This document shows, one piece after another, positions 32,087 through 45,575 of a DNA stretch of 64,000 nt. The notes under the pieces were generated by a model. The model made no database searches. It had not been told where the DNA came from and saw only the letters and a program-made list of their open reading frames with translations. Origin of the DNA: Callorhinchus milii. Lineage: Eukaryota. The stretch covers positions 9,114,001 to 9,178,000 of the forward strand of contig NW_024704758.1 of assembly GCF_018977255.1 (NCBI RefSeq). Direction: 5' to 3'. The translations under genes were made by a program, and so were the position numbers. Numbering within the stretch: position 1 is the stretch's first letter; each line of letters opens with the position of its first letter.

Positions 32087-34406
32087 GCCTGCCCTTGTCC
32101 CGTGTCCTTAATACCCATACATACAACCTTGTCCAAGATCAGCAAACTGTATGGTTGGATTCAAACCAGCTAGCTCCCAGTCCATGAGCTGCAGCTCTCT
32201 TAAATGTTTGGATGTAGGTGTCACAGTCCTCTTTCATATCAACCGTAAGATATTAGCTGTAATCTAAACTGTCTTCACTGGGAAGTAGGAAATTGTTGGT
32301 CCTGATGCAATTCAGATTTATGCAGACCAGTCATCATGCTGTACATATCACTGTCAGTTTTGGTATTTCTCATCTCCATTTTTTCCTCTGAAACGTTTGG
32401 TTATAAAGTGAAATGTCACTAGTTTTACAACAAGCTGCATCAGTGTTCTGTTGAGAGGTGTAACAATTTTAATAAACAGCTCAAATAAGCTCAAAAAGTT
32501 TTAACCTAAAACCTTCTGAAGGTGACTTAATTTTTTAATTCTAAGTAATGTAATATGGCTGCATTTGTCAGGCTTTCCTTTTGTACACCATGACTAGTAA
32601 GGTCTGTTATAAACAGATCCACTGTCACTTGCAGCAACCATTTCCTGTTTGTGTTACCATATGGAACGGTTGTTATCCTGTTTGTGATGCAGTGAAGCTT
32701 TCTCTCTCGTTTCACAGAATGTATTCTTTTATTAAAGTGTTTTGATGCTGTAAGCAATATCCAGAATATTTTTACAATACACTACAAAATTACATTTGTA
32801 TAGCGCCTTTCATGTCGGGAGGACGTCCCAAGGCGCTGGACAGTCAGGGATTTGGACTTGAGCTGGGAGATATTTAATCAAGTCACGGAATTAACATTAA
32901 ACACTGAAGCGTATTTGTGTCTCTGCCATATAGTGATTGTTTTCACTGGTCGCATTATTTATAATATAATCCCGATGCAGCCAAATACCCTGCAGTGAGG
33001 TGTTAATGCTTTTCTGATCAAAGATTCAGAGACTAGTAGATGCTGCCATTGCCAATCTATCTGCCAAATGGCCTGTTTCATTGACTTCCAGTCTGTTGGT
33101 TTCTGCCTTGTCACGAGAACAAACTGGCTGTGTGATTGCTGATTAGGGTGAAAACATACTTCCACCTTAGGACAGGCATGCCTATTATAAGCAGACTATT
33201 AAATGACTACAGTGTGGACCATAGGAAATAGTTTCAATGGTTAGAAAAGTGACACTGAAAAATGTACATTTACTGTGAACTTCAAAAGTGATCTCATTTG
33301 AATTGGGAAGCAGATTCTCACAATCTATGAAATGACCTGAACTGTAATGTAATCGGTTGACGTTCATTTGTTCTCAGACGTTGTTGTTGAGAATGAGATA
33401 CAGGGCAGCAAAAACCATCACTAGAATTTCCCTTCTCAGAGCTATTATTATAAACTGGGGAAGTGGATATAATTGGATATTAATGCATTTCATTCCCCTA
33501 GGAGATTGGACTCTTGAACTGGCCACGATTACTAGCTTTAACAGTGGCACTAGTGTTTTCTCTATAATTCAGAGGGCCACACTGTATTCATTGATTATGT
33601 TGCACCATGTCACACCTACATACCCGTCTGTGGCACGTGGCACTCTGAAATTGAGATTGCCCAAGTACTTAGTGTTGGCAGTACATTTAGTCCAGCCTCA
33701 CATACATTGAACCTACTGGAGGTAAGTTCAATGTATGTCAATTCATTCCACGGGATTGATTGACATTAGTAAGTAGATGAGGCATTTCAACCATGTTGTG
33801 CATTTCTATATTATATTAGAGTTATGTGAATGCCCAGACAACAGGCTCTTCTATAAGTTAAAAGTAGGTTCTTTAAAAGCTCTTGGGCAGTTTAGTGGAG
33901 CTTTTAACATAGCCAGACATTAGCAGAGCCTGAATTGATTTGCGCTGTCTGCATTTTGTACTGCAGCGGTACTGATCCTTCACCCGGTGAAACCTCCTCC
34001 TCCTCCTCACGGTGCTTCAGGCAAGCAGGATCAGTGGAAATAGCTTTTTCGACCATGCATTTCTGACAGGATTTATAACGTTTTTTGTGTGTTGACTCAG
34101 TGCAGTTTTCTTGTAAATAGGGATATTACTTACTTGTTACAACTCAAAATGATGTCACCGTGGGGCACTGTTAGCAGCGATTGCTGTGTCACACGATGTC
34201 ACAATGCCGTACTGCTTTATGTCCCGTTAGTTGCTGTTTTTCAAGCTTTCCACTTTACACGACTGATGTTCGAAACTCTCTGTTGAAAACACGCATCTGT
34301 AACTGATTATGGCAAATGAGGTTTGATGGGTTTATTATCATAAGATTTGGAAGTGTTAATTTAATAAGAGTTTATTAACACTATGTCGATCTTTAACTTT
34401 CTTAAG

Positions 34407-34473
34407 GTAGACAATTACATGGAGTTTGAAGGTGAAGACTGTGAGGAGGAAGTCATAAACCTCAGGGACACTG
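34407..34473 (+). CDS. IFTAP: IFTAP exon (VDNYMEFEGEDCEEEVINLRDT)
   Basis: VDN(F/Y) motif of C11orf74. Acceptor ctttcttaag, donor CTG|gtaagg. 67 nt, phase 0-1. Confidence 0.88.
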
Positions 34474-34542
34474 GTAAGGGTTCACCACGTCTACGTGGAT
34501 TAAGCTAAAGAGATTTGCAGAGTCCCTTTTCATCAGTATTTC

Positions 34543-34690
34543 ATAAAATCACAGAATTATTACAGCACAGAAGAAGGCCATTCAGCCCATCATGTCCATA
34601 CCGGCTCTTTGAAAAAAGCTGTCCAAATCAATCTCACTCCCCCAATCTCTGCCCATAGCCCTGCAAACCCGTCCTCCCAAAATAGCATCC
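34543..34690 (-). mobile_element. CR1-type 3' end fragment
   Basis: Reverse complement of gatgggctgaatggccttcttctgtgctgtaa, same family as 47830 and 49150. Confidence 0.75.
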
Positions 34691-36146
34691 GCTTTTGTCC
34701 AGATGCTTTTTGTTTCCAGAATGGACACTTTCATGTTTACAAAATAACAATTTGGCACTCCTATCTTCCTCAATTACTGCTTGCTTCTGCAGCTTCCTAA
34801 TTGCTAACACAATTTCTTATCACTATGGAAGCAAATTTCTTGTGTAAACCCAGTTACAAGCTAATGGAAAATAAGAAACTTTTCAGTGGCTTCCAAATGT
34901 TGAATTTTTGTATTAATCTAACGTAACTATTTGTTTGACTACAAAATACACAGTCACTACACTTTGCAATGCATTTGGTGAAACCCCTTGAGAAGTCTCC
35001 CGACATGAAAGGTGTTACATCGAAGGTAAAGGCTATTTACGTTGTTATATGTTTCAATAGCAACAAAAACAAACAACAACAAATTGCATTTATACAGTGC
35101 CTTTCATGTTGGGAGGATATCCCAAGGCCCTGGACAGTCTAGTGATTCAGTAATAAAAACTAAGAATTGAACAGGTCTTTAATATGAACTCAATACATCA
35201 GTCGGGCAATAAAGAAAGCTCAAAACAAAATGTTAGTATAATCTTGATTGTATAAACAATGGACATTGTGATCGGTAATATTTTCTGGACTCAGTTCAGA
35301 ATAATCGAATCTTAATACTTTTTATGAAGTCACGAGCAAGTTTTGCCCCTTGTTACATCATGAGTTTGAAAAAACCTCATTCTGTAGCATCCACGCACCA
35401 ATGTCAAACAGAGGGCACTGGTTTTAATGTCTGCTCACATGTGTGTATTTCATGAGCTTAGGAAGTTTTTCTTTCAAGTATGGGATTGCAGATGTGATCA
35501 GCGCCCTCTTTGTTTAAATACATGTTTATCTGTGTTCTAACCGATCGAAAGTACGGTAAATGCTAACCAGGGATGGTCCCATTGTGCTTCAGCTTCCTCA
35601 GACTGCTGTTCTGCACCACTGCAGCTCATCAAAACACAGCTGGCCAGATAAGCTTCAAAACACTAGACACCCATCATGAATGTGCTAATTGGCTAAGGAA
35701 TTAAACAAATGTTGTTCGGATATTGTTTGAAGCACAGATGATTTACCACATTTCGTTGAATAGAAGTAAGGGCCAAAAATAATTGTAGCCCATAAAGGAT
35801 TCTTCCTACGCGCTCTCCTTTGTCTGTTGAGGGATGCATCAGTTTATCTCGTCGGTTTCTATTAATCTGCAGCCATTAGTTTCTATTCTAAATAAGAGAA
35901 AGGTGCAGGGTGATTCATTCCAGTAATGTGGTTTATTCAAATCAAAATAGTTTAAGGATATTCTGTACAAGTTTGTGCAAATTGATTAATTCAATCTTAG
36001 CTTTGAAGGTGTTTCTCTGTAGCTCTTAAAAGAACAGGAGATCTCATAGCACATACATGTGGGGTTGACCGGTTTCACTGTAAGTTGGCCATATTTTAGT
36101 GCATGGGAAGCTGGCTGCAGGTCCACAGGGCACCCACATTATTAGC

Positions 36147-36650
36147 AAACAACAACAACAATAACTTGGATTTATATAGCGCCCTCCACGCCGGACGGCA
36201 TCTCAGAGAGCTTCACAGTAATGGCTCCCGGGACCGAGCCAGGGGGAGGGGAGGAAGGTGACCAAAGGCGTGGTCGAAAAGAAAGGTCTTCAGCAGAGAT
36301 CTGAAAATAGGAAGGGAGGGAGCGAGACGAAGGGAGTGAGGAAGGGAGTTCCAGAGCCTCGGGGCATAGTGGCTGAAGGCACGACCGCCGAGGGTGGAGC
36401 GGAGGACTCGGGGGACGAGGAGGAGGCCAGACCTGGAGGAACGAAGGCAATGGGTACTGTTTTGAGGAGAGCGGAGGTCAGAGAGGTCGGGGGTGCAGAG
36501 GAGTGGAGGGATTTGAATATAAGGGTGAGGATCTTGAAATCGATCCTCTCTAGGACAGGCAGCCAGTGCAGTCTGACAACAACTGGGGTAATCGGGGAGC
36601 AAACCTGCATTATAATGAAACGTTATCATGGGGCTCTACTGACATTGTTA
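36147..36650 (-). mobile_element. L2 LINE ORF2 C-terminus plus 3' tail
   Basis: LHWLPVLERIDFKIL and LRSS..LLLVPR....GGRAFSHYAPRLWNSLP...LKTFLF, followed by an (AAC)n-terminated tail. Confidence 0.92.
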
Positions 36651-37493
36651 AAGAGAAGTTAGTTGTCTTACAAACCTTATGATGGGATCAAGAAATAGCA
36701 GACCCAACTAAAATGTAGATAGATACAAGTGTAAAGTTGGTAATTATTCTTGCACAGATTAACTCAGAATGTTAGCAATGTAAAAAGACGACCTTGAGAC
36801 AATCCTGATCTGATACCTTAAATGAAAAACAAAATTAGCTTGGGATGGAAGATTTTTAGAGAAGGAATGGATTCGACCCTCATAAAAGGAGCAGCATAGG
36901 TTTCAGCTGTAAAATGAAAACTGCCTGAGTAGGTTCAGGAGACGTGTAAATGTAGTGATCAGTTCTGACATGAAAAGGTCAGATGAGGCGAAGACTGATC
37001 ACACTGAAATATTTTCTCAAATAATTGCAGTGTCAGTTAGCAAAAAGATGATGCTGTAATAGGCCTGTCGTGAACTGGCTCACTGTCGAGAATAAATTAT
37101 TCTTTTCCCACGTTTATGATTTTAAAAAAGAATTGCAAAATATTAACTCATTTCTCTTTTTACACATTCGAAAACAGAAAATTGTTCCTATCAACTAAAA
37201 TATTCAGATTTTACCTCAGTATGGACTTCATTTCTGCTGGCTGATGGCGTCAATGCAGGTCTTGCTTGTTACCATGCTGTCTTTCGGCATGACTGTGCAT
37301 AGATTTAGTATATAGAAATTGCCAGCCCCAATGCCGCTTACGAATGTTGATGTGAGAGATTGTAATATTGTTTATGAAGTTGTCCTTTAGTGGGTCACAC
37401 TTTGCCCTTGGAAGTATGATTGTGAGCATTGGATGATTTGAATTGTTATTGACAACGTTTTGCTTAAATTTCTTCTTTTCATCGTTCATACAT

Positions 37494-37880
37494 TGGAGTC
37501 CTGTAGCTCAGTGGTTAGAGCACTCGCCTCGCAAGTGAGAGACCTGGGCTCAATTCCCTGCAGGGCGAAATGTTTGGCAAGTTTCCTTACTCCACATGCC
37601 TCTGTTTACCTAGAAGTAAGTAGGAACCCAGTTGTTAGTCAATTGATGGATTGCTTTTCCGGGGATAATAATTCTTTCAAAAAAAATTAATAAATAATAA
37701 TAAATTGGTCACTTAAATCCAAGATTGTTTGTGGGGCACAGCTGTGCACAATTGGCTGCCACGTTTCTCCCACAAAATATACAGTCAATTCACTTTACAG
37801 TATATTCTGTGAAGCGCTTTGAGACGTCTTGAAGACGTGATAAGGGGCTATATATCAGTTGCAAGGATTATTATTATTAA
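37494..37880 (+). mobile_element. Full-length tRNA-SINE, long subfamily with ~60-nt internal insert
   Basis: TAGCTCAGTGG A box, B-box-like GGCTCAATTCC, conserved body, (ATT)n tail. Confidence 0.92.
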
Positions 37881-40800
37881 TGTTATTTTCCAGCACTTAG
37901 ATAAGGAAGGAAGGCTCGTAGTATTAAATATTGTAATCCTTAACTGGAGTATTCGTTTAAGCTTCTTGGCCAGTATAACCTCAAAACCTTCTTGGTAAGA
38001 CGATAGAAATTCAAACATGCAGCGTGAAATCAAAGCTGTAGGAAAATAAAGACAATTTATGCTCAGAAGGAAGTAAAAGCTTTTGCAACACCAAGATATA
38101 GAGATAATTTATGTTAATTGGAATTGAGATGCGTAGCAGTTGCAATAATGGAAGATTACCAAAATTAGTTTTGAACAGCAGGATGCCTGTCATTTGCATT
38201 AGGAGATGACCTGCATTAATATTATTATGCTGACAAAACCAAGACAATCTTGTAGATAATTAGGAAGGAATAGCATTATTGAAGCATTTATATACCAATA
38301 TTGCTGAGATGAAACTGCGCTTTTGAGTTAATGGAAGCAATTTGAACTAAAACATTCCATTGGGCACCACAAAAGAGAGGATAGATGACTGGGAATTGTG
38401 GAATATGGAATTTGTACGATTGATTGATTATGCTTTGAGGAAGGGAATTTAGAAAAAAAATCCTTCAGTACTCTCAGGGAGGTGAGATGTGGGGGAGTTT
38501 TAATCATAGCTAATAAACCAAATGATCATTGTAAGTAGAAGTCACAAAGCCAGAAACAAGGGAATCTGGAGCTCATTCTATGAAGATTAAAAGAAAATCT
38601 ATTTTGTGATAGAGGCACAAAATCCACAAACAAAGCTATATTGGACTGGTTGTTTGAGTCAAAGAAGCCACACAGATGGTTTGATGAGAACTGGACATTG
38701 GGACAGAGGCACATATTGTACTTGATGTAGAATAATGAGATCCAACCCAGCTCCACCTGACTGGAATACTGACATTAGGACATTGACATAGAGAAGTGCC
38801 CCTTTCCCAACGCTACTATCCCTGAATTTGATGAGCATTAAAAATTCACTGTGAGAAATAAAAAGATCATTGAGAAGTTCACTCTGTGTGCGTAAACCTC
38901 CAGGATATCTTTACATCTGCACCAAATAAATAATATAGATGTGAGTAACCTCATTGAGCAGACTCTATTCTTGCTGATCACCTGAATTTCCCTCGCGTAT
39001 CTTATGTTTTGTATCTCTAATGCACATTAATGGTCTTCCATGTGGTGATAAAATCGACAAAATTAGTCACAATTAAGGAAAATGAAAGAATTCATGCATT
39101 ACATTTGCTGTTTACTCTTTTCCACACTGTGCATACTACACTATCAGCCTGCCTGATGTGTTTATTGAAAGAGAATTACTGTAGATCATCATATTTGGCT
39201 ACCAAACCAAAGGATTGTAAACTAGAGATGGTGGCTACATTTTTTCTAAGCCAAGTAGTTGATTTGATCGTCTCAGGCTGAAGATGGACCACCATTTAGA
39301 TTGCCAAATCGGCAATTAACGACTCTGTAGATGGTCTCATGATCAAAGAGAACAATACCACTTTGGATAATAATAATAATCCTAGCATTTGATGTAGCGC
39401 CTTATTATGTCATTGAGATAATAAGCACTTCACAGATGTAGTATAAAGTGATTTACAGTATATTTTGTGAGTGAAATTTGGCTGCCAGTTGCTCACATTG
39501 GATGCATTGGATAGTGGATGGCATTGGGCAAGTTAATGATATTGAAACTGATTGCGGTCATGCATTCTTCCATGAGAGGAGTAGGCTGTGCTAAGGTGAA
39601 GAACATATACTTATCATCACTTGACGTTTTTGCCCTTTGAGGAAATTGTACATGAGCAGCTCATGAAATATGCCTCAGAGAGGTTAGGATGTCATACTCT
39701 TTCAAGAGCTCCTGAAATGACAAGAGCAACTGCACTAACTCCAGGCAAACAGATGCATAGTTTGGAGAGTATTGGTCACATCTACTACATTGCTGGAGGG
39801 CCCTGTTTATTTAGATTTTCTCAGACTTGGATTAATACGCCTGTTTACTCTCCATCATGAACTGAAGATGAATTTTGATTGTATTAAATTCAAATCCAGC
39901 TGTAGAGAAAGTTGTAATAGATTGGAGAGTTCATTTAAAGTGCCTATAATTATTTCATTTTTAATTCTTGGGAGCTGTTGGAAAACTCCGATGTATTTTC
40001 CTTCCTCCCCTCAGCCCCACCCACTCTCTACCACCCATTACTTGTACCGTACTCTCAAAGTGAAAGGTGGTCCCAGAAATCTTAGATGGGCCACTAAACT
40101 GCCCAGTCTCTCTATCATCCTCCTGTTCACCAAACGTAAAAAAAAATCTTTTTTTATAATAAAATAGAGATCTCCTTTGTTAACTTAACAATATTATATA
40201 TTTAGGTATTCAGTCAGCTCTGAGTACATTATGCTTTTGACTGCTGAGCTCCTGCTGATAATTAATGACTTCTGATGAGAATATAATTAGTGGCTTAATT
40301 AGGATTATCATCCATTATTACAGTAGTCTATCTTCAAGCCAGCTGTGTGACGCATGATTAGTTATGAGTGTGGCTTATGTGGTATCAGCTACTGCCAGTA
40401 AGCTCTGGTAAGATATAGTTATTTTCATTTAAAATGTGATTTGTAATTAAACATTATTATTGTGGACATTATTGGAGATTATGTTCTTTTTCCAAATTCT
40501 ACTATTCAAAAATGTACAATCATGAATACAGTGCTCAAAAAGTACTTTTAATTAAGGTGGTCACAGTAGTTGTGACAATGGTACCAAACCAAAGGAAAGT
40601 ATAATTTTTAGTATCGAGAACAGTTCTGAGTTTACCTTCTCATGAATCTGATCCCAACACATTCTGAAATTTCTACAACATAATGTAAACACACTGTTGT
40701 CTGCAGGCAATGCAGTTCAAGACCTGACTACAAGAGACTGTAACGTGCTTGTACAACAATTTATAGTGTTCAGGGCAAAGGGAAGATGTAAGTGTGTATA

Positions 40801-43035
40801 AAAATAAATAGTGTATTAAAAATGTGAGTGTGTATACCACACAGCACACATTTTAGATTGAATAGACGTAGGTTAAGCAGCTATGATGACTTATTTTTCC
40901 TAATTGTACTCCTCTGTTTATTTTGTGTATCTTTTTAAATTTTATTTCATAGAAACTTATCTTTTCTGCTGAAATGCACAATGGAGTTGCTTGGCTGTAA
41001 GATCCAATTTGTGACACTGCAGTTAATCTTCATAAACCCTACGGATTCATTTAATGCCATTAATCTTTTCTGGGTTTTTGTGGTAAGATCTAATAATTCA
41101 TACAACATGCAGACATCAACTATTATTCCATGACTTGGGGCAAAATAGAAAATGAAATGCTTTGCCCTACCTATTAATTTTTTTTTACAAAATAATTGAC
41201 TGCTTCTTAGAAGTGGTGAAAAGTAAACGAGAAAGTACCTTGTATGAAGTTTTATTATAGGACACTACAAAGCACCATTTTAAAAATATTATTCCCTGTA
41301 TTCATTGAGCATATTTTCCTCCACAAATATTTCCCCTCAAGGGCTCGCACCTCCATCAGTTAGTGGCATGGAAAAATTTGCAATTGATGTCTTCAAAGAT
41401 GGAGTTGGCAGTCACCCTCTGGCAGTCATGGGGGTGTGTACATTCTTTGCTCGGGGTTTCTGATTATATTAGCTGACAAAACTGGTACACTCTCAGTTGC
41501 GCACCGTGTTTGCAAGGCTATTTTGCTGCTGAACAGGTGCAGATGAAGGGGTTTATGCCAGCAGCATGCAATGACTTCAACTCTGGAAATGCCAGTGGAA
41601 CAGAAACTGGTGGCATTAGGGTCCTTCAGTCATAATGACATTTTGCTGTTCAATTCATTTGTTTTAATTCTCCTTTTTTTACCCCATGTAATAACAGGTC
41701 AGCTGAAAGGTCTAACTAACTTGCTGGAACCATCTGTGTATTCTTATCAAATATCGAAGCAGCATCCAAAATGCTCTTCATCTGTATTAACCAAATGTTA
41801 TGTTGATTCAGCAAAAGAATTGCAATAGTGCCATAGAAATCAGAGCTTTGGATTTTTGATGCTGCCAAGCGCCTTTGCAGGAGGGTAGAATAGGAGAAGG
41901 GAAGATTATCCTAAGGAACTACACGTCAATAGATTTTAATTCTTTCATTGCAATTTTTTTCATATCATGCTTCATGACATTTTCCATCAGTTGCCTATCT
42001 CTACAAACTGGAGAACATTGACTGACTTGTGAGAACCTAAGCACAATTCCAGAGTGCTTTCCACTGCAGAAATTTTGATTGCATTGAGTTTTCGCATGGA
42101 CAGATACCAACGTTGTATTCCAAATGAGGACAAATAACTTAATGCTTTACTTTAATAAACTGGCTGGTGTGTTAAGGAAGCATTTTGTCAGATCACTTGT
42201 TCTTGCTGAGTGATGTATGAATGCGTACCAAGTACAGTATTCCCTTTTTAATGAAAGAATGAATTCCCTTGAAAATGAAAGAATTGCCCACCCCAACTAC
42301 TCTAAATTGTGTAATTAGTGTTCTGCAAATTAGACAAAGAAGGGATGGTATCTTAAGTGGTGTAAAACTAATAGCTCACATGATGTTAATGCTGTATACT
42401 ATTATCTGAATCTGTACCATGCAAGATTGAATTGCAAATTATATTTAGAATAATCACATAATATTTGCCACCTAGGCCCTTTATAAGTAAGAATTTTTTT
42501 TTAACAGGCAATAAAACCTTCTCATTTATAGTGCAGTAATACTTTGTTCAGAAGCTTCTTGCAAAGAGAATAGAATTTGCCTTGTAAGGGGACCAAGCTC
42601 TTCAGTTTTCAGGTGAATGTAGTGTTATCACTGATGGTTGTTCTAATGAGATCTCTCCTCTTTGTGTTCTGGGGAATGTTTTTTGCTGACAAACTACATT
42701 TTGCCCACAAAATACATAGTCAATCAACTTTACAGTATATTCTGTGAAGTGCTTTTTACGTCTTGACAACGTGATAAGGTGCTATATTAAATGCAAGGAT
42801 TATTATTATTATATAATGTTGTTGGTGTACTAACTCATTCATGACCTATGGATGTAGCTTCCCTGCTCCAAATCCCCCTTTGTGAGTTCCATCCTCTCAG
42901 CTGGCTGATGATGGAGCGTGACCCAACCCTCACCAGGAGCTATCCAGGCTTTCTGTCTTTGCATAATTTTTTGCCAGGCATATCTATTTATAAATGTTTC
43001 TCACATTAAATATTATGTCTGTTCATTGAATGCAG

Positions 43036-43169
43036 GACTGGATCTGCTCCCAGGTGAGACAGAAGTGGAGATCCCGATAGACTACTCTCATTCCATATGC
43101 AAAGACACATCACTTGACTTCAGCACAAAACCAAATAGTGAAGAATTTAGTAATGAAACATGTGACCAG
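43036..43169 (+). CDS. IFTAP: IFTAP exon (GLDLLPGETEVEIP...ETCDQ)
   Basis: LLPGE motif. Acceptor aatgcag, donor CAG|gtatgt. 134 nt, phase 1-0. Confidence 0.9.
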
Positions 43170-44073
43170 GTATGTGGCTTACTTTTTTGTGAACTCCTAT
43201 TGAGCAGCTTGTGTTTTTACTTTATGGCAATCATACTCTTATCACCACTTCATACTCTAATTCCAAACCAAACGTAGGTATAACTCAGAACCAAACTGCT
43301 TGTTAATGTTGAATTTACATTTGTCCTTTGGCTCAGCACATCCAAAATGGCAAGTGAAAACAGGACATGTTTCTATCTGTTGATGCCAATTTCCCACCAT
43401 CTCTCCAGCTCATGGTCACTGAGGCTAATTGGAGTAATCTCAGGTACACACAGTAAGCGGCTTCTGATTGAAAAGTAATTTAATGGGTTAGATGTCTCCT
43501 GAGTTTCCTGGTTGACTGACTTGTAGTATATATGTAGATGAAACATTCAGTTGAAGAATGATCGCTAGTGTACCTACTGATGATGAAATTGATCCAGATC
43601 TGACTCCAGTGTTCCTTTGCGCTCAGTTAATTCAGATAATAGTTTTCATTGATCCATATTGTAATACATTTGTTAAATATTTATTTGTCTTTTATTGTAT
43701 GTATTAGGACAACGTTAATTAAGGGTGATGGCAATTAAGAGAGACACAGTCGTAATCAAAGTCGTCATCCAAAGTTATTAAAATGACAAAGACACAACCT
43801 CTGGCCATTGGTTAATATTCTAGAATGGGAATAATCTTACAATTGTTATGAAATATGTTGGAAATTTGTGAAGGTTTCTACAGTAAAGTCTACAAATTGA
43901 ATGAACCCTGTTTCCTGCAAAAACCTCAATTCCATTTAATGTTGATTCAGATATATGTTCACTCATCTTTACTTGTGACACCTTGTTGTCAAGTCCTGTG
44001 ATGTGGCATTAGTAGGTCTTGTCACTCGGCATGGGTTGTCATCGTAAAATCTGCCTCTTTATTTTTCCATCAG

Positions 44074-44229
44074 GTACAGACAGATGAAGTCCAGCCTTTC
44101 TCTTTGGATGAAGACTTTGATTATGACTGTGTCTCTCTCAAGCCAAAATACACAGAAGCTGAACTTGAAACTATTTGTACCTTGTCAAATCAGCCAAGCA
44201 ACAGTACTAAATGCAACTCAATAAACTAG
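44074..44229 (+). CDS. IFTAP: IFTAP last coding exon (VQTDEVQPFSLDEDFDYDCVSLKPKYTEAELE...*)
   Basis: Hallmark DEVQ.FSLDE.FDYD.V.L..K motif. Stop TAG at 44227-44229, AATAAA at 44441. The assembled CDS is 672 nt, 223 aa. Confidence 0.95.
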   Translation, partial: VQTDEVQPFSLDEDFDYDCVSLKPKYTEAELETICTLSNQPSNSTKCNSIN

Positions 44230-45464
44230 GAGATTCTGACCTGTAAACACAGCTGTAAGAATAGTACAGGACTACAGGAGGACTTTTGTATGAAGAGCAA
44301 ATTGGTGCTTGCAACACAAATATGAAATTGAAAACACTTTAATCCCAGTGAGATTATTCAGACACCTTTTATAATACTTTTGCAATACAATGGATGTGTA
44401 TGTGTGCATTAAATCCCTTTTCTCATTCTACAACAAAAATAATAAAATTGATGTTTTCATATTACAACGTTTGCTTCCTTTCTGCCTGGAAGTAAAGAAA
44501 CCAAAGCGAGCGATTCCAAGAAAATACATTCGGACGTGACCTGAATCTTTGTGAGTTCATAAATCAAATGGTTTGTCATCAGAACTCCAAATTGAGATTA
44601 TTTTGCTCCAATCCCTCTCCACTCTAATTATGTGCCTTGGTGTCATTTATAATTTATGTTTGCCAATACAACAAGCCTTGTGCTTTACGGTTACTCGTGT
44701 GCAACACTGAGAAACTTCAGCATGTTAAATCACTGTAACAATTGCAAGCATTTATAATGTTACTTATGATATCACTGGAGGATTGTAGCGGTTATTCTGG
44801 AATTGGTTAGTGGGCCATGACTGGTTCACATCTTGTATATAAATATGTGATCTCATCTCAGCGTTCCAGTGATCTCATCAGAAGAACAAAGTGAGTTGCT
44901 AACATGATACACCCCAGAGTATAAGTGAGAGCAAGAGAAGAAAACAAATGTACTCAAGATTATCGGCACCATTTCCACCATCTACGGAGCAGGAATTAAA
45001 ACAGTAATTTGTGTTGATAACCTGCAATGTTATCACAGGGAAGCATTCAATGATGAAATTGTCAGACAACCCACGCAGAGAAATTGGTCAAAGCATGCTC
45101 TCGGGGAAAAAGTATTTTGCTGAGAAGTAAGTCCATGCAGCAGCAGGTGATGCTCAACTCAGTGCAAACACAATTTATCAAAAGAATGGGAATTTACAGC
45201 AGAAGCTGTGAATAAATTATGGGTATTCGGATTGTATTCATGAGCTTCAGACGAGTCAAATGTTGACCCACACATCTGTACTTGATGCATTTCCATAACT
45301 TGTTTATTTGATAGCAAAGAACATTCTTACACTTATACAGATATGTAATATTATTCATGGTATTGATATCTATAATGCATTCAAGGAGTTTCTGGTAACT
45401 CATTCCCTAACAATGTTTGTTCTTTGACTGTAGGGGGAACCACCTTCATTGTAGGCAGAAAGGT

Positions 45465-45575
45465 GGTTCTTAAACAAAAACAAGTCGCTGGGAACACTCA
45501 GCGGGTCAGGCAGCATCTATGGAGAAAGGAAAGTGAGTCAATGTTTCGAATCCACGACCCTTCGTCAGAACTGAA
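45465..45575 (-). mobile_element. Short non-autonomous Penelope-like repeat containing a minimal hammerhead ribozyme motif
   Basis: Minus strand AGTT-CTGACGA-A-GGGTC-GTG-GATTC-GAAA-CATT-GACT, followed by ...catagatgctgcctgacccgctgagtgttcccagc. A second decayed copy lies at about 60045-60156. Confidence 0.6.

Noticed and set aside
35406-35516. Imperfect inverted AGAGGGCRCT half-sites as CTCF sites or MITE ends
   Set aside because: The 5' halves of the CTCF core are missing and there is no TSD.
27004-40352. Identical 13-mer CAGCTGTGTGACG at 27004 and 40340
   Set aside because: Dozens of repeated 13-mers are expected by chance in 64 kb.
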